Origin: Phaeosaccion multiseriatum
Lineage: Eukaryota > Protista > Ochrophyta, other classes
DNA: 64,000 bases
NCBI GenBank assembly: GCA_965112735.1
Contig: OZ218953.1
Location: 2,046,001 to 2,110,000, forward strand
Direction: 5' to 3'
The translations under genes were made by a program, and so were the position numbers. This document shows, piece after piece, positions 1-19,397 of this stretch. The notes beneath the pieces were generated by a model. The model did not search any database. It was not told the origin of the DNA and saw only the letters and a list, made by a program, of their open reading frames with translations. Position 1 is the first letter of the stretch; each line of letters begins with the position of its first letter.

Positions 1-612
1 TGGTCTGTCCCTCCTACCGCCGATGTGAGTCCCGCTGCCGCCACCGCTACTGCTGCTACTGCTACTGCTTCCCCATGCGCTCCATGGGCCCTGCGAGGCC
101 ATGCCGGAATCATCCGAGCCAGCCCACTCCTTCTGTGCGTGCGCTTTCATTCGGCCTCCAGGGCCGAGGACGCCTTTCTCCTTGCCCCTTCCTCCCCACC
201 TCATACCACCACCCTCTCCCGGCCTTCCCCGCAACAGCAGTCGTCTCAACGGACCACGTCTACCCCCGTCTTCTCTTCTTCCTCCTCCTCCTCCTCCTCC
301 TCCTCCTCCTCCTCCTTCCCCTTGCCTTGCTGCTGCGGCTGCTGCTGTTGCTGCACCCTTTCGCCCACCGCCCGTTCCCCGACCCCACCGCATTCCAGCT
401 GATGGGCGTCGCGGAAGAAGCCCTCTATTGCCATCATTAGAAATCCCACTACGGGTGCTCATACTTAGGGTGCTGCAGCTGTGCGAGTTGTGCCTCATAC
501 GGCCCCTTGACAGAATGCCGGTCTGTCCGCCATGCAGCCACGCGGAAGCAACGTGGACGTGCAGCAGCTGGAGGAAGAGCAAGCATGAGGTGAGGATGGA
601 CGGTGGAGACAT
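1..612 (-). CDS. 5' part of an unknown protein with a bipartite plastid-type presequence (runs off the left edge)
   Basis: Minus-strand frame open from ATG 612 to the window edge. MSPPSILTSCLLFLQLLHVHVASA-WLHGG... reads as a signal peptide with an ASA-W motif, followed by an R/S/G-rich transit-like region. An upstream in-frame ATG also exists near 763. Confidence 0.55.
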   Translation of the reverse strand, partial: MSPPSILTSCLLFLQLLHVHVASAWLHGGQTGILSRGRMRHNSHSCSTLSMSTRSGISNDGNRGLLPRRPSAGMRWGRGTGGGRKGAATAAAAAARQGEGGGGGGGGGGGGRREDGGRRGPLRRLLLRGRPGEGGGMRWGGRGKEKGVLGPGGRMKAHAQKEWAGSDDSGMASQGPWSAWGSSSSSSSSGGGSGTHIGGRRDRP

Positions 613-1189
613 GAGAAGCCTGCGGCAGCCCCGAGGCGATGACGATATGACGTGGTTGGCTGGCCTGGTCGTGCTCCTGTTCCTCCGTCCAACTCCAAGG
701 CAGCAACTCAATCTGGCTTCCTCAGCTGCTTCTCCGGCTGCTGCCGCTTCCACATGCGTCATTCACACCTCTCAAAAATGGAACCTTACCCCAACAGTAA
801 TAATGGTAGCAACAGTGCTGCAGGGAAAATGAAGGGGGAGAGGGGTGGGCGAGGCGCTGCCGTTCTGTGCTCTCTTAAGAAGCGTGGCAGCAGCTCCTGC
901 TGCTGATCCCGCCACCTTCACCAGTCTTCTAGCTTTCCTTCTAAACAAATCGAACACCTTTAGCCCCCCTCTCAAGGGCGACCACCTTCAAGGACAGGGG
1001 GAAAAGGAAGGGAAGGGTACGTGAGGCCGGCAACTGTGAATGGAGCACCACCTCTCCTTCTTCCCCCCACTTTCCTAGATGGCACTTAACGTTTTCTTTT
1101 TTTTGCCTCTCCCTTTCCCCAAGGATACCACTTGGATTTCCCTTTATGAGGGCCCCGCAGCTGTAGTGGACAGGATCCCTTGGTGGACC

Positions 1190-3197
1190 ATGAAGCTATC
1201 ACGGGGCGCAACGTCTCCTTCGCGCCCTTCTTTCCTCCGGCATCCGCTTCCGCTGCTTCTCTTCCTCCCCTCACTCCTGTTGCACCTCCTGCCGCTGGCT
1301 CTCTTTATTAGTTCCGCGCAGGGCGGTGGGCGCCAGAGCGATGACTACTATAAGCTCCTGGGCGTGGATAGGAAGGCCTCGGGACGGGTGAGCGTGACAT
1401 GTCATGTGTTTTGGACACAAGAGCTTCGATATCAGACCGTTTGGTATTTCCTCCCCTCTCCCGTACTGAGCTCACCTTGCACATATACGTGCCCCGATTT
1501 GCATGTCTCCTTTCCCCAGCCCCCCCCCCACCTCTCTAAGTTACCCCCCCCCCCTCCCCCCCCTCCCCATTTTCTCTTCGCCCTTATCTGAACGAACACG
1601 TTTTGCTGCAGGACATCGCGCGTGCGTATCGCAAGCAGGCCCTCAAATACCACCCCGATAAGAACCCCAAAGACCCCACCAAGGCCGAGCAGAAGTTCAA
1701 GCAAGTCTCAGAGGCGTATGAGGTGCTCAGCGACGATGACAAGCGACGCTCCTATGACGCATATGGAAAGGTCCGTGAGTCGCCACTGCCGCTTCTGATC
1801 AGTCGTCACTCAGACAGTAATACAAACCGTCACCCAATTCTCTCGACCGAGCTTACTTCTACTTCCCGCATACCCTCTTCTTACTTGCACTCTCTCTTTC
1901 TCTTCTGTGTGTACCCAAATTGATTTCACTCTTCACACAGGGCGGTCGTGTGCCGGTTGGAAGCGGGGCAGGGCAGGGAGGTAGCAGCTTTGGCGGCTTT
2001 GGCACACCCCCGGGGCGTAGCGGAGGTGGAGGAGGAGGAGGAGGAAGAGGAGGAGACTCTTTCCCCGGGGGCGAGGACTTCTTCTCTTCCACCTCCTTCG
2101 CGGACCCCTTCGATCTCTTTGAGCGCATGTTCGGCAGCGGCCCCTTGACGGGAGAGGGAGGGGGTGGGGGGCTCGGCCAGGGGACAGGGATGGGCTCCGT
2201 CCGGGTTTCGGATATTTTCGCCGCTTGCAATAACTTCTGTGGGGGTGGTGTTGGAGGGCCGATGAACACGGAAGAGATTGAGCAGTTTTTCAGGCAGCGG
2301 AATCAGCAGCGTCACAACCAGCACCAGCAGCAGCAGCAGGGCCAGAGGCGGAGGCCACAGACCAAGAGGAGCCCTCCCGGGGTGGTGGAGCGTCCGTTTG
2401 AGTGTAGTCTTGAGGAGCTCCTGAGCGGCTGCACCAAGCGCCTCAAGGTCACGGACTATGTCACCGACAGAGGGACGGGGCGGAGGCAGCGCGTGTCCCG
2501 TGTGTACGAGATTGACGTCAAGCCGGGATGGAAGGAGAATACGAGGATCACTTTCCCGCCAAGGAGGGCTGAGGAGGTGTCCCCTCCTGCATCATCATCA
2601 TCGTCACCGGCAGGGGGGCTGCAGCTGCCGAGCATGTGCTTTGTTCTCAAGGAGCGACCGCACCCTTACCTCACTCGAGAAGGTGACGACCTCGTGTATC
2701 GTTGTGTGCTGACGAGTCAGCAGGCTCTGCATGGTGTCCGCCTAAGGATACCCGTTGGTGACGATACAGGAGCAACAGCAGCGACATCGGAGGGGAAGGG
2801 GAAGGGAAAGGGAGGCAGAGGCAGAAGCAGCAGGCGAAAGGGGCGTGGTCCCGTGGAGGTGCGACTAAAGGGCAGGGAGATGAGGAGAGGGGCGACCGGC
2901 AGAGGCGCAGAGAAGGTTGTGGAGGGCTTCGGAATGCCCATCGGGGGGGATTCGTCGCGGAGGGGAAGCCTCCGGGTAAGGTTTGAGGTGGAGCCTGCTG
3001 CCACCACAGGAAGAGAAGGAGGACAGGGAGTCGGGAGAGGGCGTCACCGAGGAGGAGGAGTAGGAGGAAGGGGAAGAGGAGAGGGGGGAGGAGGAGGAGG
3101 AGGAGGAGGAGGAGGAGGAGGAGGAGGAGGAGGGACACAGATGCCCTTTGGCAGGCCAAAGGCTTCAGCGCGAGCTTCGAATTGGAAGACGAGATGA
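1190..3197 (+). CDS. DnaJ/Hsp40 type II co-chaperone with N-terminal hydrophobic signal; 3 exons (1190-1387, 1612-1770, 1941-3197)
   Basis: J-domain DYYKLLGV...KYHPDKN...[15 protein letters not shown]-rich region, C-terminal domain motifs [31 protein letters not shown] and [15 protein letters not shown] junctions are in frame. Confidence 0.92.
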
Positions 3198-3479
3198 GAG
3201 GGAGAGGGATTTCTAACATAGTTTTGCATGGACAGTGTGCTGTGTCCGCATAAGAGCGAGACACACACACAAGGAGGTGGCCTTCTCGGCCCCCGTAATT
3301 GATAGAAAAGAAAAAGAGAAGAGAAGCGAGCGTAATCGGTAGAACAAGAGAGAAGCGGACAATCCTTCCTGCCTGAGCACGGAGGCCGACGGGAACAGGG
3401 CGGCATCGCTCGCATGAGTAAATATATATATATAGATGATATGATTATATACATTTCTTACATCGACACAAAGAGTGTG

Positions 3480-5133
3480 CTACAAATCCTGTGCCCTCTC
3501 GTCTTGTCCTCCCTCTCCTCCTCCTCCTTGTTCTTGATGTGATTCTTCCACCACATTGTACTTGGCAAAGAGATTTTCCGGGGTGGTCATGGCCTTGAAC
3601 TCGAGGTTGTTTCCACTCGGCTGTAGAAGCAGTCGCAACAGTCGTAATAGCAGCAGAAGCGGTGGCAGCACGGAAGTGCACACAAGGCACCACCGCACAC
3701 GTGCCAGAGAGAGAGTAGCCGATGAGTGAGGAGAGGGCAGAGCAGAGCAAAGCAGCGCGTAGCAAAGAGACAAAGGGCGACAAGGCCGATGGAAGTGGTG
3801 CATGCATCGTACCCAACCAAGCCAAGCATCGCGTCAATCAAGAAGTCAGTCCTCCTCCTTCGCCCCTCCCTACTCCCAACCTTGTCAGCTCACGCACCCA
3901 CTCACTCGCTCACCAACTCACTCACTCACTCACTCACTCACATCTTTGAAGAACATTGTCCACTGCTCACCTGGGGCCCCTTTGAAACGCAAATGAGGCT
4001 CTATGATGAACTGACGAGACGAGACAAGACGGGAGGAGGCGGCACAACAAGGCAATCACACGAGGGGGGGGGGGGGGGTAAAGGGCCGGTGGAAAACATC
4101 AGCAGGGGAGGGAGGGAGGGAGGGAGGGAGGGAGAGATGGGGAGAGAGAGAGACACGGGGGTGGTGCGCGGCATGGGACGTGAACTACATCTGTCTGCAA
4201 CATATATCTTTCCTTCTCTTTTCCAAAACAAGACAAGGTGGCAGCAGCAGTTGGTGGTACAGTAAGACCCGAGTACACGGAACGCCACGTTGTTTCCTCG
4301 TCCGTCCCGTGGGAGAATGCTGGTGGCCCTCTTTGCCCTTCCCCCATCCCTCTCGAAGTGGTCTGATTCTCCCTCTCTCTTCTTTCCTTTGTCTGTACCT
4401 GAACTTGGTGCTCTCGGAGTCGCTTGGCAAAAGCGTGGAAGCTTTCAAGGGTCATCGCGAGCCCGAAATGAGGGACAGGTACCTCATCCCCATCCACAGG
4501 GTTGAAGAAGTCGGCACCTGCAAGAGTTTCGACATCCCAGAAACAGATTACGACTATCCCTCCTTTGCACATGTTTGCATATCCACTGGGAAGTCAGAAG
4601 AGTTTCCTGCCGCTCTTCCCATCGCAATGGACACTACAGCTCATTTCCCAGGTGCTAGTGCGTTCTTCTGTATGTAAAAAGCGTGATTGGTTCTGTTGCA
4701 AATACCCCACTCCTAAATGTAGTCTGCTTGTAGGCCGAACATACCTCGGTAGTTGGAGTCCACGAGGTGACACACGATTTGATGACCATCAAGGCTATAG
4801 TCCTGTGAGTGCGTGTGTGAAAGAGAACCGACTTGAGCCATCTTTAGAAGGGGGAGGGGGGAAACCTCATTTGCCCACCTGCCATCGATCACTGCTCCTT
4901 CCCTCTTCCAACCCCAGGACTTTGCCATAGAAGTTCTTGGCGACTTGTAGGTCGTGCACAGGGAACGCGAGATGGAACGGCGGGAGAGGCCTCTCCGCAG
5001 CTGCTGCTGCTCCAGTCGCTACGGTGGTGGTTGTCTGCCACAAGGAGGTGGATTTTGCGAGACAAAAGCGCGGGGACAAAAGACAGCAACATAACATAAG
5101 GACAGCCACTCCATAGCCATGGAGAAGAAACAT
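3480..5133 (-). CDS. VOC/glyoxalase-bleomycin resistance-dioxygenase family protein with N-terminal signal; 5 exons
   Basis: Spliced translation ...[34 protein letters not shown]|[14 protein letters not shown]...|[18 protein letters not shown]...|[23 protein letters not shown]|[13 protein letters not shown] His/His/Glu metal-ligand pattern. Confidence 0.9.
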
Positions 5134-5420
5134 ACTACGGAAAAGAAGAGGGCAAAATAGGGGAAAGGGAGGAGAGTGGGGCGACGAAAGGAAAACAAAA
5201 AGTACTTCGCGTGTTGGTGCACGATGGGTCAGTCGTCGCGCAATCACAAACCAACCTCCTTCACGTTTCTTCCCACCTCAATCACACACACACACACACA
5301 CACACACACTTTCACACTTTCAGTTTCTTAGGTGATTCCTATTAAGTCAATAAAGTTCATCCCACCTCAATCCCACCTCTTCGCTTTTAAGTCAAAAGTT
5401 CTCCCACCTCTTCGCTCTTC

Positions 5421-6738
5421 ATGGCTCTGGTTCCTTATTTGCCGCATTCCATCCTCAGCGCCATCTACCAGAAGACGAGATTCTTTTCCATAGATTTTCC
5501 GGAAGGGAAGAGCATCGGCATTGAGCTCCAGCAGGGAGGCGAAGGTTGGTTTATTTTTTCCCCTCAAAGAGGGGAGGGAAAAAACATGGAAAAAACTCGA
5601 GCTCCCTCCGGCTCAACTTCTTGTCCCTCCTCCTTTTCCCCTTATCTCTCTCCCAAATCCACAGGCACTGGGGCTACGACGTGGGCAGCTGGAGACAGCC
5701 TGGCCCGCCGCCTGCCGTACCTTCACCAAGACAACTCTTTCTGGCAGGGCAAGACGGTCGTGGACCTCAGTACAGGCCTCGGCTTGACCACAATCGTTGC
5801 AGGTAAGGCTGATGAAAGGCACCTCTGGCCTCATACTGACAGGGTTGGTCACGAGAAGCAGTGTCCTGATGACTCCTCCACAGCCGCCCTGGGAGCAAGA
5901 GTGATCGCAACTGACTGGAAGCAGTCTGTTCTGGACGTTGCTGAGGCAAACTTTCGAACTTATGAGCACCTCTTTTCGGTCAAGGTGAGACAGAGGGGAC
6001 CGGGTGGAGGAGGCGTAGGGAAGGCGGACACCTATTCTGCTCTGCAGAAGTAAAGCTGAGGCGTGAACTGGAGGGCATACGATCTCCACGGCCGCCGTCT
6101 TAAGCGGTTCATGCCTTTCTTCACGTGGCTCTTGTTTTCATTCTCACCCTATCCCCCACCCTCACCCCCCCCACATCCGCTCCTTGTAGCCGGAGGTCGC
6201 CATGCTTCCTTGGGGTGATGCAGAGGCTCTGCAGGCTCTCCTCCATGAACCTCGGCTTCTCAATGGGAAGCCTCCTGATGTAGTTATCACCGCAGACGTC
6301 ATCTTTGGGAGCAACCCCTTGGTCTGGGAGGCCCTGCTACTCACCCTCAATGGGCTCTGTGCCGCCCCAACAACAACAACAACAACAACAACGACCACAA
6401 CGACGACGACGGCAATGTCAGAAACAATGAGAGCAACAACAAGAACGAGTACTTTGTTGCCATCTGTAGCCCCACCCCCACCCCCACCCCCGTCCCCGCC
6501 GCACTTGCTTCTGGCCTACGCTCGACGGTACGAGGAGAAGGAGGCAATCTTCTTCGAGGGGCTCTCCAAGACCTTTGCAGTGCGTGCAGTCGAGGCCGAG
6601 ACGCCGCGGGGGGGGGGCGCAGCAGTTGGTGATGGTGATGCTGGGCCAGCCAAGGAGGCGAGGGGGGGGGTGAGCGGTGGTGGTATCATGCTTTATTCGT
6701 GCACGCATCTCGGTGTGGCGTCGGAGGAACGATGCTAA
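5421..6738 (+). CDS. METTL21-like (family 16) protein lysine methyltransferase; about 4 exons
   Basis: N-terminal MALVPY, GTGATTWAAG, motif I GKTVVDLSTGLG, GARVIATD, LPWG, and DVVITADVIF (DxxY-like). Confidence 0.85.
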
Positions 6739-7023
6739 GAGGTGTGTGTGTGCAACGAGAACGGAATGGGTGTCGGATCGTCGCACTAATTTCTGTTTGA
6801 CCCCGCTGTAAAGGAGGAGTTGGTGTCCGGACTGCTCCGCCGCCGGAGTATGTAAAACAAGATCATTCATCGCCTTGCACCTGCAAGTTCAAGTTCATTC
6901 TTCATCCACTGCCATCCATCCGTATCGACCATGACGACGTTGTAAGGGCGTGGCGGCACGCCTAGGAACCCTCCCTCCCTCTGTCCCTCCCTCCTTCCCT
7001 TTCCCCTTCCTCCCAGCCTCCAC

Positions 7024-14457
<7,434 letters not shown>

Positions 14458-14740
14458 CGTCGCACTGTTGCTCCGCCGCTGCTGCTCATGGAGGAGGGAT
14501 CGCCGCAACTGCTTTTTGAGGAGGGATTCGCCTCCCTGATGATAATGATGATGCTGATCGCTCTGTGGGCACAGCTCCTTGGAGATATTCTATTATTTTA
14601 AAGAGGGAAAAAGAAATGTGGAGACGGCGTTACATTTGTACATTTGTACGTATGACCAACTGCTGCAGCCAGCCACTTGGAGCCCTTTTTTTCTTCCTTT
14701 TTCCCCTTCCCCTTCCCTCCTTGCTTCTTGATTTAGGAGA

Positions 14741-16518
14741 ATGGCACCAGCTGCTTTTCTAGCATTGGCATTGAGCGCCATCCCGATGCTCCTGGCCTTC
14801 CGTGTCCCCTCTACGCCCCGCCCCTCCTCCATTCGCCGGTGTCCTCACCCTTTTTCTTTAGGAGGAGGAGGAGGAGGAGGATTTCACCCTCTTCGTATGG
14901 CGAGGGCGACACAAGACATGTCCAAGGAGATCCACCCGGACGTTCGCCACACTGTTTCACCTGCCTTCCAAAGCGAGCCCTGCCCCTTCACGGAAGGTAC
15001 AGAAGAGGAGAGGAAAATGAAAGCCTTGTGTGTCCTTTGAAAGAACCTAACCCCTGACGACTTGCGCTTCTACCAAGACGAGATCATCGCTCTGACGAAG
15101 AAATATGTTCAAGAGGTTGACGAGGAGAAGGTGAGGAGCGAGTAGCGTGGCGCGTGGACGTACACGCGCCCACGGGTGTGTCAAGAGAGAAGCAAACAAA
15201 CCCGATGTAGCCCAGTCCAGTCCGAGCGATTCGGAGAGGGCCGACCTTTTGTTTTAGTCAGGATACATGCCCAGTTACTAGCGGTGCAGTCAAGGTGCTT
15301 CCCCTCTTTCCTCTTTGCTCAGGCTCGCGAGCAACACATCGCGACAACCTTGGCGGACGACTATGTGTATCGAGGTCCGATCACGGGGCCCTTCGATGCG
15401 AAGGCCATCAAAGACAAGAAGAAGACGTCCTTCTCTATTGAGGACGCCTTCCCCGACCTCAACTACAAGCGCTGGGGCTTTTCAGTGGACCCCGACGACC
15501 CGTACAGGTGTTACTTCTTGCAGCGACTCACAGGTACGGAGGTGGATCGATTGGTATCTGATTTCTCTGTCCGCCGTAGCTTGTTGACTGGCCTGACTCG
15601 ACCGCCCGCCCACCCACCCTCCCATTCCCCTCCGTATCGCCGCCTCAGGATCGCACTTGGGCACTCTCGACCTGGGACACAAGCAGCTCGAGCCCACAGG
15701 CAGGAAGTATGTGGGGCCGCCCGAGGCCCACAGCTGCACCTGGAACAAAGTAAGTCAACAAAGTAAGTCAGTCGCGGGCTCGATTGAGCAGCCCCTCCCT
15801 CTCAGTGGCGCGGGGGGGGCTGGGGTATAGAGCTAAACCAGCTGGGGCATCTTGTTTGCTGCCTTGATTGGCTCGCTTGACGTACTCAGGACGGGAAGCT
15901 CAAGTACGAGACCGTCGGATATCCTGTCGATCGCTTCTCAGGTGGGTGGGTGCGTGCCCTTGGGTGGGTGCTTGGGTGGATGGGTGGGTGGGTGCGAAGC
16001 AGTAGGGGGTGTTGATGCTTTATACGCTCCACTCACTCACCCCTTTCCTTTTCCCTTTCTCTTCTCTGTACTGCTTTCGTCCATCGCTCTACTCACGGCG
16101 CTGCTTCTTGACGTGGGCTTGACATGCGTGGCTTGACCAATCAACGGACCTCACTCGCCTCATCACTCGCTGATCACTCCCTCACTCACTCACTCACTCG
16201 CTCACGCACTCACTCACTAGCTCACTCATTCACTCGCGCACTCACTCACTCACTCCTTCCCCCCTCTCTCTCACTCTCACTCTCTCACTCACTCCAGGGA
16301 ACTCCGGGGGCAGGGGAGGGCTCTTCGGTCTGAGGGACTCCGTTTCGGGACTTGAGCTGCCGCCACACCCAGGCTCTAAGCGATTGGGTCTCATGCAGAG
16401 GCTGAGGCATGCCTTCAAGCTCGGCGACAGGAGCTGGAGCCGCAAAGAGGATGTTCCCGAGTGGTGGAAGAGCAAGGCTAAGGGGGCGCAGGACAACTCC
16501 ATGGAGCGGCGCGCCTGA
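14741..16518 (+). CDS. Plastid-targeted SnoaL/NTF2-like algal protein; 5-6 exons; in-frame TGA at 15038-15040 (removed by an intron or recoded)
   Basis: Signal peptide MAPAAFLALALSAIPMLLA-FRVP. Core LADDYVYRGPITGPF...AFPDL...GFSVDPDDPYRCYF...GSHLG...PTGRKYVGPPE...GYPVDRFSGNSGGRGGLFG...DVPEWW. Stop TGA at 16516-16518. Confidence 0.75.
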
Positions 16519-17002
16519 CTGCTTCTGGGGAACTGTCAGGCTGCTCTCGTCGAAGATTTGGGGGGAAACAAGCCCATCTACTTAAATTCAAATTCTCTCT
16601 AGTCCTCTCTCTCTCTCTCTCTGGTTTCTCCTTCTCTGCCCACCGTCGCCCACCCAAAGAAACAGGGTCAACACGGGTCCTCCAGAAGTAGCAGCGGCAG
16701 CAGTTGGGGCGCAAGCAGCGGCCAATCGGCTTCACGATTTCCCTTCTTCGTCGTAAACTCTTCCTCCTCCTCGCCGTCGTGCTTCTCGTTGAGGGCATCA
16801 ATACAAATCTCGTGGTGAGTCCTCCGGGTTGTACGGGTTGTATGGCTTGCGTAGAAGTTCAGTTGGAAGTGGGGATGCATGGAAATAACATGGGGCCACA
16901 TCCCTCACCGTTCCCTCCCTTGATTCCCCACCGTCTACCTGCCCCCAGCAGGCTGCGTATCCAGCGTCATCATCACCAGCAGCAGCAGCAACAGCAGCAG
17001 TC

Positions 17003-19144
17003 ATGCCGAAGAGGGGTGTCGTGGAAGATGTGCAGGGCAATGGGACGAGCGATGAGCGGGGCGACCAAGCGAAACGTTCTCGAGTGGGGGAGGAGGGTGG
17101 AGGTGCTGAAGCAGCAAATGGAAGTGCGTCGAAGCATATCTGTGCTTTACGAGCATGGATGGAGAAGGAAGGTGTGGCGGCATTCATAGTGCCCTCGGAT
17201 GACCCACATCTTAGTGAGTATGCGGCAGCTTGTTTCAACCGGAGGTGAGTGGTGTGAGGGGAGGGGGAGAGGGAGGAGGATGAAAATGATGAGGGTGACT
17301 TGCCTGCTAGAGGGGTGGCACCCGTGGATGATGGAATATGCTAGACCGCTCAAGCCTCCGGGGAGGGGGGTGGGAGGGTAGCGAGCGGGCGGGGCTGCTG
17401 CGTAGGGGGAATCGTAAAAAGTAAAAAGGGCATTCTGTAACATCCACACCCTTTGTGCTCATGAGCGGCGGCTTGGACCGGGGCGAGCGACGATTTTACA
17501 GTATAGAAAGAGTGTGGACATATGTAGCCGGTGGCGATGATCTGGTTCCCTGTCTTACCCTTCTGTGACCGTCCTTTGTCGTTCTGTCTTCCGCCCGCCC
17601 CACCCCACCCCACCTCCACCCCAGGGAGTTCATCTCAGGCTTCACGGGCTCTGCAGGCACGGTGGTCATCACCAAGTCCGCCGCGTTGTTGTGGACAGAC
17701 GGAAGATACTTCCTGCAGGCGGGGCAGGAGCTGCAGAGCGACTGGACGCTGATGAAGTCGGGCCAGAAGGGCACGCCGACAATCAAGGACTACCTCTGCA
17801 GCGAGCTGTCCGCAGGGGACGAGGTGGCGGTCGACCCCTTCGTGCTCAGCGCCACTTTCGCCACTCAGCTCAGGGACGGGCTGCGAGAGAAGGTAGGTTG
17901 TTCGCTGGGTCCGTCAGTCAGTCGGTCGGTCGGTCAGTCGGTCAGTCGGTCTACCATACTCCAGATATGCTTGGGAGATTGGCCCGAGTCTGTGAGGTCC
18001 AACCCGCCATCCCCCTCCACCCAACTCGCCATGCGTCTCCCCTCATTCATGCCGGCCTGCCTTGCCGTTGCTTTCAACGCCCTCGCCTTGCCGTCCGACC
18101 TCCTCCTCAGAGCATCAACATGAAGAAGTACGAGACGAATCCCCTGGACGCTGTGTGGGGAGAGGCCCGCCCCTCTGCCCCCCAGAGCCAGGTGCGCGTG
18201 CACCCTCTCCAGTTCGCTGGGCAGAGCGTGGCAGACAAGCTGAAGAGCCTCCGCGGCTCCATGGCGGAGGAGAAGGCGGAGGCCTTTGTGGTGTGCATGC
18301 TGGACGAGGTGGCGTATCTGCTCAACGTGAGGGGCAGTGACGTGGCACACAACCCAGTGACTGTGGCCTACGCGGTGGTGACGGAGGGAGAGGCCAACCT
18401 GTTCATTGACCAGGCCAAGGTGGGCGAGGAGGTGCGGGCGCACTTGAGTGAGCCTGGCGTGACGGTGGCTGACTACACGGAGGCGCTGCCGTACGTGAAG
18501 CGGCTCGTGAAGGAGGGTAAGAGCGTGTGGGTGGACCCTGCCCGAGTGAACTTCGCCTTCTACGACGCGGTGGTGGGAGGGGGGGGGGAGGGGGGGGTAA
18601 AGGGGGGCAAGGACGGTACCGCCGAAGCGAGTGCCGTGCAGAAGGTCAGCCCCATTACGCTGGCGAAGGGGGTGAAGAATGACACCGAGCTGAAGGGTAT
18701 GCGGAATATTCATATCAGGTACGGTGTGCACCAGCTTGAGAGTCATTTTGACTCGACCCCAAGGGCAGCAACTAGAATGGGGGGGAGCAAAAGACTGCCG
18801 AACCTCTGCGACGGGCAGCGCGAGCTGAATAGTCGGGGATGGGATGACTGCGCCCTTGGCGAGAAGGAGGGGGGGTGTGCGCCTGCTTGACTTGGCTCTC
18901 GAGTCGGAGTGGTAGGGTAGGGCAGCGTAGGGTAGGGTAGGGTAGGGTAGAGTAGGGTAGGATAGGTTTATCTCTTGCTCCCTTCCTTTCAATCTGCCTT
19001 CTCTCGTTGAGGCTCAGTGCCCTAGTCCAGTGGGGGAAAGACGGTGGCGAAGTGGCGCTCTCTCGCCTCCCCCCCTTTGCCTAACTGGTACTCTGCTTTC
19101 TGTCTGTCGTATGTGCCCCCTCTTCTTCTTCTTCTTCTTCTTCT

Positions 19145-19175
<31 letters not shown>

Positions 19176-19358
19176 GTCTTCTCTGTGGCGCAGAGACGGG
19201 ACGGCCGTTGTGCGATGCTTAGCGTGGCTCCAACGAGAGGTGGTTGATCGAGGTCAGTCTCACCACATCAGTCCATGTGTATGGGTGGGTGGGTGTGGGT
19301 GGGTGTGGGTGGGTGTGTGCGTGCGTGGTGTGTGTGTGTACGTGGGTGGTGTGTGTTG

Positions 19359-19397
<39 letters not shown>

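Noticed and set aside
101-832. 243-aa Pro-rich plus-strand ORF
   Set aside because: It is the antisense of the minus-strand frame, which has a convincing targeting presequence.
18905-18965. (GGGTA)n telomere-like tract
   Set aside because: Short, degenerate and intronic, and not the TTAGGG/TTTAGGG motif. It is treated as an ordinary microsatellite.
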